A stretch of 64,000 bases of DNA from Bacteroidales bacterium. Lineage in GTDB: Bacteria > Bacteroidota > Bacteroidia > Bacteroidales > UBA3663. Below the pieces are notes generated by a model. It was not told where the DNA came from. It worked only from the letters and a program-made list of their open reading frames with translations, and made no database searches. The stretch spans positions 5,127-69,126 of the forward strand of contig JAFWRO010000058.1 in NCBI GenBank assembly GCA_017519885.1. The letters are read 5' to 3'. The position numbers and the translations under genes were made by a program. Positions 1-8,145 of this stretch are shown here, in pieces; position 1 is the stretch's first letter, and each line of letters opens with the position of its first letter.

Positions 1-1760
1 TGGACGAGTTCCCTGCCATGGAGATCCCACTTCTGAAGAGGATCATGGGACGCATCGTCAGACACTTCTTTGATGTCATCACTGCCATCAATATTGTAGA
101 TTCCGCCAAATTCGCTCCACGGGTAGGTTGCCTTGTATTCGGCTTTTAAGGACTCTGGAACCAAGAGGGAACATAATCTAAGATACTTAACGTTAAAAGC
201 CTCAGGATGTGCTGTGGGAACTTTGTTGGCAGGACAATAGAACCGATAGGTCGCTGCGTTAGAGAAAGCAAGACTTCCGATAAACTCTATACTTGCCGGT
301 AACGTGATCTCTTCGAGAGCCTGGCATGATGCGAATGCTCCACTACCAATGTAATTGACACCATCTGGAATATCGACTTCGGTCAAAGAACTGCAATAAT
401 AGAAAGTGTACGGTTCAATACGGGTGTTTTTTTGAGGAAGAGCTATTTTCCTTAAGTTTTTGCATGAATAGAAAGCCTCCCGCCCAATATGAGTAATGCT
501 TTGAGGAAGAACTATAGTTTCGAAGGTACATTCCGCGAAAGCTCGATACCCAATTTCAGTAATGCTCTGGGGAAGATCAATCGTTTCGAACGTACAACCT
601 CTGAACGCAAGATCACCTATTTCGGTCACACTTTCGGGAATGGTGATTTCTTTCAAGCTTGTACATCCGCTAAACATGCCGACAACAATCCTGGTGATGC
701 CCTCGGGAAATTCTACTCTCGATAGTTTCTTGCATCCAGCGAAAATACCATCCCCAATTATCCTCGTATCTTCCCTGAAGGTGCATTCTGTTATATCGCG
801 TGACGCAGCCAGATATGCTATGTCATATAGATAAACGATGTTGCCATAGATATTGTTTTCATCTTTCATATAGTTTTGCCACCAGAAAGAACCGTCAAAA
901 GCGCTTGAACCAATTTCCTCTATGGGTGTTTCGGGCAATTCAACATCTATCCAAGTGTTTCTCTGAAAGGCACATTTGCCTATACTTCTCACACTTGCCG
1001 GAATTACGACCTTCCTTAAATCACATTCATAGAATGATTCAAATCCAATGCTCTCAACTCCATCGGGGATATGGGCCTCTTGAAGATTTCTGCAGTAGGC
1101 AAAAGCTAAATCTGCAATCATCCTTGTGCCCTCCCTGATGGCGCATTCCGTTATATCGAGTGACACAGCCTGATATGCGATATCATAAATGTAAACGGTG
1201 TTGCCAAAGATGTTTTTCTCATCAGCGCAATAGTTGGCCCACCACTTGGTGTCTCGGAAGGCATAGTATCCAATTTCCTCTATAGGAGTTTCCGGTAGCT
1301 CGATGTCTGCCAAGAGAGAGTTTTCTAGAAAAGCACCGTCTTCTATCCTTTTTACGCTCGTTGGTATTGCGATTTTTCTTAAGTCACAAGCAAAAAATGC
1401 ATAACCTCCTATACTTGTAACTCCGTATGGGATATTGATTTCTTGTAGATTTGTGCATTTAGTGAAAGCCTTAAGTGCAATTGTAATAACACCATCAGGT
1501 AGAGTTACACTCTTGAGATTCTCTATTAGCTGAAAACCATCGACAGTAATGATGTCCTCATCGAACTCCAGCGTCCAACACCCTTCAGGGTACATGTCTG
1601 AGGCTTCGGTGTAGGTATTGCTTATTATATGGACTCCCATTTCAACGGCATTCGGTGTGATGGGCTGATTGTCCGTAGTGACATAATAAATCTTGTTGCC
1701 TGAGAAGGCAACAGCTGAGCACAGGAAGAATAAGCTCACGATAGATGTGAAGCGTTTCAT
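1..1760 (-). CDS. BspA-like leucine-rich-repeat (LRR_5-type) surface protein; C-terminus runs off the left window edge
   Basis: Absent from the ORF track because no stop lies in the window. The minus frame is open from the ATG (revcomp cat 1758-1760). Signal peptide MKRFTSIVSLFFLCSAVAFSG, then many ~23-aa IxIPxxVxxIGxxAFxxCxxL units. The tail ...WDLHGRELV looks like the start of a T9SS C-terminal sorting domain. Confidence 0.8.
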   Translation of the reverse strand, partial: MKRFTSIVSLFFLCSAVAFSGNKIYYVTTDNQPITPNAVEMGVHIISNTYTEASDMYPEGCWTLEFDEDIITVDGFQLIENLKSVTLPDGVITIALKAFTKCTNLQEINIPYGVTSIGGYAFFACDLRKIAIPTSVKRIEDGAFLENSLLADIELPETPIEEIGYYAFRDTKWWANYCADEKNIFGNTVYIYDIAYQAVSLDITECAIREGTRMIADLAFAYCRNLQEAHIPDGVESIGFESFYECDLRKVVIPASVRSIGKCAFQRNTWIDVELPETPIEEIGSSAFDGSFWWQNYMKDENNIYGNIVYLYDIAYLAASRDITECTFREDTRIIGDGIFAGCKKLSRVEFPEGITRIVVGMFSGCTSLKEITIPESVTEIGDLAFRGCTFETIDLPQSITEIGYRAFAECTFETIVLPQSITHIGREAFYSCKNLRKIALPQKNTRIEPYTFYYCSSLTEVDIPDGVNYIGSGAFASCQALEEITLPASIEFIGSLAFSNAATYRFYCPANKVPTAHPEAFNVKYLRLCSLLVPESLKAEYKATYPWSEFGGIYNIDGSDDIKEVSDDASHDPLQKWDLHGRELV

Positions 1761-1864
1761 ATCTCGAGGTTTTTTGAAGCAGTTATGTATTAGTTGAGTT
1801 GTTCTACACAATGATTCCATTGGCATCTGTCCACTGGTTATTTCCTTTCGACCAGATGACGTTA

Positions 1865-1872
1865 CAAATATA
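1865..1872 (-). promoter_or_regulatory. Bacteroidetes -7 box (TATATTTG) for the LRR gene
   Basis: Minus-strand TATATTTG matches TAnnTTTG, ~105 nt upstream of the ATG at 1760. Confidence 0.45.
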
Positions 1873-2059
1873 AGAGATAAATCAGACATATCCGTCATTT
1901 TGACGGGATTATTCTTAATTATATATGTTTTTGGCTTAATATGGAAACATATTGAAAACCCAGCATTACATTCTAAATCAGCCTATGAGTCGGCATCGAG
2001 AACGTCGAAGACATCATCGCGGACCTCGAGCAGGCGATGGCGAAGATAAATTGATTAAT

Positions 2060-2096
2060 AATGCCGGCAGATCGACTCTGTCGGCATTCTTTATTA
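2060..2096 (+). terminator. orphan rho-independent-type hairpin
   Basis: AATGCCGGCAGA (2060-2071) pairs with TCTGTCGGCATT (2077-2088), followed by a T-rich tract. No intact plus-strand gene lies upstream. Confidence 0.4.
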
Positions 2097-2135
2097 ATGG
2101 ATATTTCGTCGCTTTGAACTGTTCGGGTCGAACCA

Positions 2136-2177
2136 ACAATTGTTATTTGTTAATTGTTAATTGTTATTTTACAATTG
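2136..2177. repeat. family A spacer repeat (AATTGTTAATTGTTA words), instance A1
   Basis: acaattgttatttgttaattgttaattgttattttacaattg. It supplies the stop codon of the 2169..2879 gene. Confidence 0.85.
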
Positions 2178-2879
2178 TCCCTTAATCTCATCCAGTTGAA
2201 TCAGTCCCGCCTTCTCAAGGATGGGCAGAACATTAGAGGCAGCCCTTCGCTTCGATTCGTCCTTCTCGTTCCAATACAGTTGATGAAGGTCGTCACGATC
2301 CTTGACAATCTCGTGCATCTCCTCATCGTCCATCAGTTGGAGGATGATATGTCCCTTTTTATCTGCACCACTCGAAACGACATAACAAACCTGATTCTTC
2401 AGCATATCACTGGCAATCATTCCACCTGCAATGCCACCGCCAATAGCGCCACCAAGCACTCCGAAAACGCCAGCCATGGCTCCAGCGTTCATTTGCTCCT
2501 TACGGCCAATCTTCCTGTTGACAAAAAGCAGGTCGTTCTGTCCCATCCGTATTGCTCTCGAATAGCCATTGCCGAAGCGAGCCTTCTCATAGCGAAGATT
2601 CCGGCAATTCACATAGATGGTATCTGCCTGCATCACGGCAAAAACTTCCTTCTTCAACATTTTGTCGAGGACCTTATCGCCAGTCTTCAAAGTAAAGTCG
2701 CTTCCACCCCACCATACCTGATGACTCTTACTGTGTTGATCGAAATAGATGGTGTCCAAGGGCTGCCAGCGGCCGGCTACATAATCTTCGTAAGAGTTGC
2801 AGTAACGGCATTGTGCCTTGAGTGAAACGGATGTCAGCATGAGGAGCGACATCAGAAAGAGGACTAAGATTTTCTTCAT
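2169..2879 (-). CDS. hypothetical exported protein with a glycine-zipper segment
   Basis: 236-aa ORF. Signal peptide MKKILVLFLMSLLMLTSVSLKAQ and a GAMAGVFGVLGGAIGGGIAGGMI Gly-zipper. No catalytic motif recognised. Confidence 0.6.
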   Translation of the reverse strand: MKKILVLFLMSLLMLTSVSLKAQCRYCNSYEDYVAGRWQPLDTIYFDQHSKSHQVWWGGSDFTLKTGDKVLDKMLKKEVFAVMQADTIYVNCRNLRYEKARFGNGYSRAIRMGQNDLLFVNRKIGRKEQMNAGAMAGVFGVLGGAIGGGIAGGMIASDMLKNQVCYVVSSGADKKGHIILQLMDDEEMHEIVKDRDDLHQLYWNEKDESKRRAASNVLPILEKAGLIQLDEIKGQL

Positions 2880-2937
2880 ACGATTTGATGTAATTGAATA
2901 TTGAAATTAACTCAAGTTTCGCATTTGCTCAACTTGA

Positions 2938-2988
2938 AGGGATATTAAGGGATTATCCTTTAAAATCCCTTAGAATCCCATAGAATCA
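2938..2988. repeat. family C spacer repeat (TAAGGGAT / ATCCCTTA words), instance C1
   Basis: agggatattaagggattatcctttaaaatcccttagaatcccatagaatc, with words in both orientations. Flanked by hairpins at 2912-2937 and 2989-3014. Confidence 0.8.
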
Positions 2989-3217
2989 TCAACTTTCGAA
3001 TTTGCGAAAGTTGAGAAATTAAAGAAATATAGAACACGTCGTTCTTCTACCAAGTAACGTATCAGGGACGAAATTATTGTCTTTGCCCGTTTGTTTTTCT
3101 CAAAAAGTCGCTGCAATTTGCCCTTATTATGTTGCGAACCTCACGCCGTTTTGTTTCAAAGGCCTCCAAAATTATCAAAAAAGACGAATAAATTTTGGAT
3201 TTACCACATTTATGCCT

Positions 3218-3225
3218 TATCTTTG
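3218..3225 (+). promoter_or_regulatory. -7 box TATCTTTG
   Basis: Matches TAnnTTTG, 40 nt upstream of the ATG at 3265. Confidence 0.6.
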
Positions 3226-3264
3226 CACACGTTTTTATTTACCTTTCATTAATTAATACCTATT

Positions 3265-4737
3265 ATGCAACAAAACGAAAAGGGTAGCAAGAGCTACTTG
3301 TTTGGTATTGTGTTGGTAGCCGTGTTGGGCGGATTGCTCTTCGGTTACGACACCGCTGTCATTTCTGGTGCCGAGAAAGGCTTGCAGGCATTCTTCAAGG
3401 GAGCCGACGGATTTGTGTACACCGACTTCATGCACGGCTTCACGTCGTCGTCAGCACTCATCGGCTGCATCATCGGATCGGCACTCTCGGGTCTGTTTGC
3501 CACACGCATCGGCCGCAAGCGTTCGCTGTTCTTCGCAGGCATCTGCTTCTTCCTCTCTGCCTGGGGAAGCATGAGCCCCGAGACGGGCATTCTTGCCTAT
3601 GGTGAGCCTTCGATGACGCTGCTCGTGGTCTTCAATCTCTACCGCGTGCTTGGCGGCATCGGCGTAGGCATGGCATCGGCCATCTGCCCGATGTATATCG
3701 GCGAGGTCGCTCCTGCCAACATCCGAGGCATGCTCGTGAGCTGGAACCAGTTTGCCATTATCTTCGGTCAGCTCGTCGTCTATTTCGTCAACCTCGTCAT
3801 CCTGGGTTCACATGCCAACCCCATCTACGATGCCGTGTCGGGCGCAATCACCAATCTCACCGAAGCACAGTGGACCATCGAAACCGGCTGGCGCTACATG
3901 TTCGGTAGCGAAATGGTGCCCGCAGGTCTCTTCACCCTGCTCATCTGCTTCGTGCCTGAGACTCCACGTTATCTGGCCATGACCGGTCAGGACGAGAAGG
4001 CGCTGCACGTCCTTTCGCGCATCAATGGATATTCGAAGGCCGTTGACATCCTCGACAACATCAAGAACACCGTGGCCGAGAAGCGTGAGAAACTGTTTGC
4101 CTACGGCTTCATCTGCATCTTCGTTGGCGTAATGCTCAGCGTATTCCAGCAGACCGTCGGCATCAATGCCGTGCTTTACTATGCTCCGCGTATCTTCGCC
4201 GATATGGGCATGAACAACCCAATGATGCAAACCGTCATCATGGGCATCGTGAACATCACCTTCACCCTCGTGGCTGTCTTCACCGTCGAGAAGCTGGGCC
4301 GCAAGCCATTGCTCATCACCGGCTCGCTCGGCATGGCCATCGGAGCCTTCGGCGTGGCTGTGACCTTCGGCAACGAAGCCCTCAGCATCGTCACCATGCT
4401 CAGCATCATGGTTTATTCCGCTTGCTTCATGTTCTCTTGGGGTCCCATCTGCTGGGTATATATCTCCGAGCTCTTCCCCAACACTATCCGTGGCGCTGCC
4501 ACCGCCATCGCTGTGGCCTTCCAGTGGATCTTCAACTTCGTCGTAAGCTCCACGTTCGTACCGATGTTCAACATGCACCTCACGCCTGGCGACGACTTCG
4601 GTCACTGGTTCACCTACGGCCTCTACGGCATCATCTGCGTCATCGCTGCCCTCTTCGTCTGGAAGCTCGTTCCCGAGACCAAGGGCAAGTCGCTCGAAGA
4701 CATGTCACGTCTCTGGCGTGAACGCAACAAGAAGTAA
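3265..4737 (+). CDS. sugar-porter family MFS transporter (monosaccharide:H+ symporter, XylE/GalP/AraE-like)
   Basis: 490 aa and hydrophobic throughout. Sugar-porter signatures GRKRSLF, PETPRYL and PETKGKSLED. Confidence 0.9.
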   Translation: MQQNEKGSKSYLFGIVLVAVLGGLLFGYDTAVISGAEKGLQAFFKGADGFVYTDFMHGFTSSSALIGCIIGSALSGLFATRIGRKRSLFFAGICFFLSAWGSMSPETGILAYGEPSMTLLVVFNLYRVLGGIGVGMASAICPMYIGEVAPANIRGMLVSWNQFAIIFGQLVVYFVNLVILGSHANPIYDAVSGAITNLTEAQWTIETGWRYMFGSEMVPAGLFTLLICFVPETPRYLAMTGQDEKALHVLSRINGYSKAVDILDNIKNTVAEKREKLFAYGFICIFVGVMLSVFQQTVGINAVLYYAPRIFADMGMNNPMMQTVIMGIVNITFTLVAVFTVEKLGRKPLLITGSLGMAIGAFGVAVTFGNEALSIVTMLSIMVYSACFMFSWGPICWVYISELFPNTIRGAATAIAVAFQWIFNFVVSSTFVPMFNMHLTPGDDFGHWFTYGLYGIICVIAALFVWKLVPETKGKSLEDMSRLWRERNKK

Positions 4738-4763
4738 CGCTTGATCGTTGATTTACAGACTGG

Positions 4764-4812
4764 ACGGAAACGTCGGATTCCTTCGGGAATCTACGTTTCC
4801 GTCTTTTATTTT
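4764..4812 (+). terminator. rho-independent terminator, twin of 6332..6380
   Basis: ACGGAAACGT...ACGTTTCCGT outer stem, GGATTCC-TTCG-GGAATC inner stem, then CTTTTATTTT. Confidence 0.8.
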
Positions 4813-5002
4813 GGAATCTCAACCTAGCAAAACATTATAATAAGAACAAAATTTTCCGAAAAAAAAAAAATAAGAAGAGAATATTTGTATTTTCAAATAA
4901 AAATAGTAAAATTGCAGCGAAAATCAACAACATACGAAAACAAAAAAGTTGTTGACAATAGAGGTCAATTAACACGTGGTATTATTGATAATATTTCGAA
5001 TT

Positions 5003-6310
5003 ATGAAGTTACAATTTCTCAAAACGTTTGCCTTAGCAGCAACATTTGCTTTGGCATTTGCATCCCAGGGGAAAAGCGAGACCCTTCCTATTCCCGATGA
5101 TTGCCGTATCATCGACAACATCTGCTTTAAGTTCGACGCGAGCACCAAGACTGCTCTCGTAAGTACCTATGCGACATCTCCAGCTGAGCATGGACGCCCC
5201 TGGGAGGAATATTACGATTATGATGGTCACAATCTAATCATCCCCTCGACGATAACAATCGATTCAGAAGAATACACAGTTGTTGGCTTTGATAATCCTA
5301 TCCGCAATTTTATGTGGACAGCGAAGATTGACAAAGTGGAGATCCCATCAACCATCGAGGTCATTCCCGAATATTTATTTAAGTATGCCGATATCCAGAC
5401 GGTGGTTCTGCACGAGGGATTGAAAATCATCGGCAACAATGCTTTTGGGAATCAGCCAAGATTAACTGAAATCGTGCTGCCGGAAAGTTTGGACAGCATC
5501 GGTGATGAAGCATTCATTGGCAGCTCGCTCAAGGCCGTCCGTCTGCCCGACAATGCACAGAAGCTTGGCTTCAACATATTCTCATATTGCAAATCGTTGG
5601 AGCAAGTCATCCTGCCTTCAGGCATTGTTGAAATACCTGGCGGGATGTTCTATGCGACAGCTATCTCCTCGATTACGCTACCATCAACAATTGCCGTCAT
5701 AGGCAAGAATGCATTTATGGAAACAAAGCTGGAGGCGATAGAATTGCCCCATTCGCTACGCACCATCGAGGAATACGCTTTCTTTGAGTTACCCTTGTCA
5801 TCCATCAAATTCAATGATGAACTGGAAGAGATAGGTGACTATGCCTTTGCCAAGTTAAACGGCACGGTCATTCAGCTCTACCTTCCCCTTAATATGAAAA
5901 GCATCGGGCAAAATGCTTTCTGGAAGTCACCTGTCAAGGAAGTCGTATTGCAGAAGAATTTGCAGAGCATCGGCGAAAAGGCTTTTGCTGAATGTCCGAT
6001 TGAGAAGGTGGTTTCGCTCATTGAGCAACCCCGCTACACTCCATTGCCGTCCCAGGCCTTCGATGACAACGTCTTCCTCTACCAACCCCTCTATGTACCC
6101 ACGGGGCTTGTCGATGAATACAGGCGTGTTATCTACTGGAACAAGTTCTACGACATCTTCGAGATGGACATGTCACCGTTGGAGAGCGTTACCATGGACA
6201 ATGGAACCCCACGCTACTACTCCATCGATGGCAAAAAGCTTGCAGCTCCTGAAAAGGGCCTTTTCATCATCCAGAAAGACGGCAAAAGCCAGAAGATACT
6301 AAAGAAATAA
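5003..6310 (+). CDS. BspA-like leucine-rich-repeat surface protein with a T9SS-type C-terminal domain
   Basis: Start moved to MKLQFLKTFALAATFALAFA (signal peptide). Repeated LRR_5-type IxxIGxxAF units. C-terminus ...YYSIDGKKLAAPEKGLFIIQKDGKSQKILKK resembles a Por secretion tail. Confidence 0.8.
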   Translation: MKLQFLKTFALAATFALAFASQGKSETLPIPDDCRIIDNICFKFDASTKTALVSTYATSPAEHGRPWEEYYDYDGHNLIIPSTITIDSEEYTVVGFDNPIRNFMWTAKIDKVEIPSTIEVIPEYLFKYADIQTVVLHEGLKIIGNNAFGNQPRLTEIVLPESLDSIGDEAFIGSSLKAVRLPDNAQKLGFNIFSYCKSLEQVILPSGIVEIPGGMFYATAISSITLPSTIAVIGKNAFMETKLEAIELPHSLRTIEEYAFFELPLSSIKFNDELEEIGDYAFAKLNGTVIQLYLPLNMKSIGQNAFWKSPVKEVVLQKNLQSIGEKAFAECPIEKVVSLIEQPRYTPLPSQAFDDNVFLYQPLYVPTGLVDEYRRVIYWNKFYDIFEMDMSPLESVTMDNGTPRYYSIDGKKLAAPEKGLFIIQKDGKSQKILKK

Positions 6311-6331
6311 GACTTGCACAAAACAAAAAAG

Positions 6332-6380
6332 ACGGAAACGTCGGATGCCTTCGAGGATCTACGTTTCCGTTATTTTTTTC
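6332..6380. terminator. rho-independent terminator between convergent genes, twin of 4764..4812
   Basis: Same ACGGAAACGT/ACGTTTCCGT stem with 3 substitutions in the inner stem-loop. T-run 6371-6380 and an A-run upstream make it potentially bidirectional. Confidence 0.8.
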
Positions 6381-6386
6381 ATTTTC

Positions 6387-7778
6387 TCACTCCCCAATCA
6401 CACGGAACGACAGGTTGGTGCATGTGACATCCATCCTGCAGATTTGTTCGGCGAGGAGGTTCATGTTGTGGAAACGGTCGTAGTCGGAGGGACCCCCTCT
6501 TTCCCCCTGCTTAGGGGGAAGACTTGTTTGTCCGGGCTTAGTTCCTCCCCCATTAAGGGGGATAAGAGAGGGTCTAGGCATCGCATCAAGATCCTCAGTC
6601 CAGGGGGCGAGGATGAGGAGAGAGCCTTCGGCACAGGCGAAGAAACGCTCGCCTTCGGGCTTCTTCGTGATGGGTTCCTTCTGCAGATGGATGAGGGGAA
6701 GGCGGGAGTTGATAGCGATGTTCTTCATTTCGAGTTCGCCAGGAGAGATGCCGGGCGTGACGAGGACGGTGTCGTTCTGGGCAGCTTTGACCCAGGCCTC
6801 TCGATCTTGGAGCCACGCCTGGGTATCGATGTAGCGCACCTTGGTGCGCGTCCCGAGGGGATAAGGGAGGGCGGTGTAGCCATGCTCGAGGCGCTCTTCG
6901 AGGGTGAGCTGTTCCATACGTGCCATGCGATGGCAAAAGACCTGCGCCTTCAGCGGCTTGCGCAGCAGGAAGAAGTTGCCGAAGGCGGAGTAGCGCACAC
7001 CAGCGATGGTGAGGCACAGGCAGCTCTGCATAAACTGCGGCACGCGCGCCTTCAGGATGGCACGCCGCGGGTTGTCCTTCACATACGCCAGCATAGCCTC
7101 CAACTGGTTCGGTGCAAAAAGCACCGAATCATCGTAGTTATCATCGAACAGCGGCCGTTGTTCGCGAGGGAGGGAGGCGTAGTATCGCGCACGTTGGGCG
7201 CTGGACATGCGGCGCAAATCGGGAGGCGTTGCAGCCAAGGATGGCTGCGACACGGACACGGGAGAATCCAGGATGGGCGGGGTGTCGATAGCTGGGCGCA
7301 AGGTGGTGTCTGCTGGGGTCAGTGTGGTGGTGTCTGCTGAGGTCGGTGTGGAGGTGTCGGTGTCACCAGCCATCATTGGCTGGGACGAAGGCGCATCGAC
7401 CCCCGTTATGGCGCGCCAGCGCTTCGTGCAGGCGGCCTTGAAGCCCCAGATCACCCTCCCCACGCTCACGTCCATGCGTTCCTCAACGAAGAGGACGCCG
7501 TGGAAGTGATCGGGCATGGCAACCTTGCCGAGGATGCGGAGGTGACGGCCGTGGAGAAGCTCGGCGTCGGGGATTTTCTCCCACTCTTCCTCCACCGCCC
7601 TGCCCAGCGGAGTGAGGTCAACAGCGGGATGGACAGGGTCCATATTGAGCTTGCCAAAGAGGGGATCGCGATGAGCGATGACGATGGTGATGAGGTAGAT
7701 GCCGCGCTCGTAATAGTCGTGGCCTTTGTAACGCGGACGGTGGGAGGGGTATTGAAAGACGGGGCAGTCTTGAGGCAT
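6387..7778 (-). CDS. HUH-Y1 tyrosine transposase-like protein (RayT/IS200-like core) with a low-complexity insert and ~190-aa C-terminal extension
   Basis: Start moved to MPQDCPVFQY, downstream of a -7 box. HUH motif AMPDHFHGVLFV and Tyr-helix motif LAYVKDNPRRAI. A T/P/S/D-rich ~100-aa insert separates them. Confidence 0.6.
   Translation of the reverse strand: MPQDCPVFQYPSHRPRYKGHDYYERGIYLITIVIAHRDPLFGKLNMDPVHPAVDLTPLGRAVEEEWEKIPDAELLHGRHLRILGKVAMPDHFHGVLFVEERMDVSVGRVIWGFKAACTKRWRAITGVDAPSSQPMMAGDTDTSTPTSADTTTLTPADTTLRPAIDTPPILDSPVSVSQPSLAATPPDLRRMSSAQRARYYASLPREQRPLFDDNYDDSVLFAPNQLEAMLAYVKDNPRRAILKARVPQFMQSCLCLTIAGVRYSAFGNFFLLRKPLKAQVFCHRMARMEQLTLEERLEHGYTALPYPLGTRTKVRYIDTQAWLQDREAWVKAAQNDTVLVTPGISPGELEMKNIAINSRLPLIHLQKEPITKKPEGERFFACAEGSLLILAPWTEDLDAMPRPSLIPLNGGGTKPGQTSLPPKQGERGGPSDYDRFHNMNLLAEQICRMDVTCTNLSFRVIGE
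6502..6519. repeat. C5-loop-G5 hairpin (REP-like candidate)
   Basis: tccccctgcttaggggga. A near-identical copy lies in inverse orientation at 22784..22801. Confidence 0.6.
6546..6562. repeat. C5-loop-G5 hairpin (REP-like candidate)
   Basis: tcccccattaaggggga. Confidence 0.55.
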
Positions 7779-7830
7779 GGTCGGATGAGGTGCTGAGTAT
7801 GTGTTGGCAGTGGCAGGTCGATTAACGTTG

Positions 7831-7838
7831 CAAATATA
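7831..7838 (-). promoter_or_regulatory. -7 box TATATTTG for the Y1 gene
   Basis: Minus strand CGTATATTTGCAAC, 53 nt upstream of the ATG at 7778. Two further TTTGCAA motifs lie upstream. Confidence 0.5.
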
Positions 7839-8048
7839 CGCCTTTTTTTCGACATTATTTCGAGACTTGCAAATATTCTTTCTGTTTTTTGTCGGGAAAG
7901 CATCGGTCTTCGCGTATTTGCAAAGGAGGGTTGACAAAAGATTGAGTAAAAAACTTAACTTTCGTCTTTCGCCCCTGCAACATTGAGTAAACTTCACTTA
8001 ATTCGACCCAATTCAAGGGTCACCCCTCACCCCATGTATTATATTCAT

Positions 8049-8078
8049 ACCTCCCCCCCTTTATAGGGGGAGGGAGGT
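8049..8078. repeat. long C7/G5-G3 hairpin (REP-like candidate)
   Basis: acctccccccctttatagggggagggaggt, followed by (AT)6 and G-runs at 8096-8111. Confidence 0.6.
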
Positions 8079-8145
8079 GAATATATATATACATAGGGGG
8101 GTGGATGGGGGCCCAGAATTGAAATTTATGGAAACATTAAGTTTT

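Noticed and set aside
1952-2185. 77-aa plus-strand ORF in the spacer after the LRR gene.
   Set aside because: It is Arg/His-rich, it runs through a terminator hairpin and a family A repeat, and it has no promoter box. The fragment in another frame is treated as a low-interest finding instead.
3808-4605. 265-aa minus-strand ORF antisense to the sugar transporter. Similar long antisense ORFs lie at 6345-7340, 11597-12385, 18600-19460, 19390-20499, 24048-24869, 41584-42450, 45654-46700, 47140-47994, 56888-57814 and 60965-61951.
   Set aside because: All lie entirely opposite confidently assigned genes. Their composition (runs of H, V, D, E, G, R) is typical of the reverse strand of GC3-rich coding sequence. 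They carry no signal or motif, and several span two real genes plus the spacer between them, for example 45654-46700 across bcp and the HD gene.
6387-7778. An ordinary IS200/IS605 insertion sequence.
   Set aside because: The gene is about 3 times longer than IS200 tnpA, there is no tnpB, and I see no subterminal IS200-type hairpins at a compact element boundary. It fits a domesticated or REP-associated Y1 gene better. Copy number in the genome would decide.
8066-8111. G-quadruplex upstream of the Y1 gene, from G-runs at 8066-8070, 8072-8074, 8096-8101 and 8107-8111.
   Set aside because: The first two runs are already committed to the strong hairpin at 8049-8078, and the central loop would be 21 nt. 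It is mentioned under the REPtron finding rather than as a separate claim.
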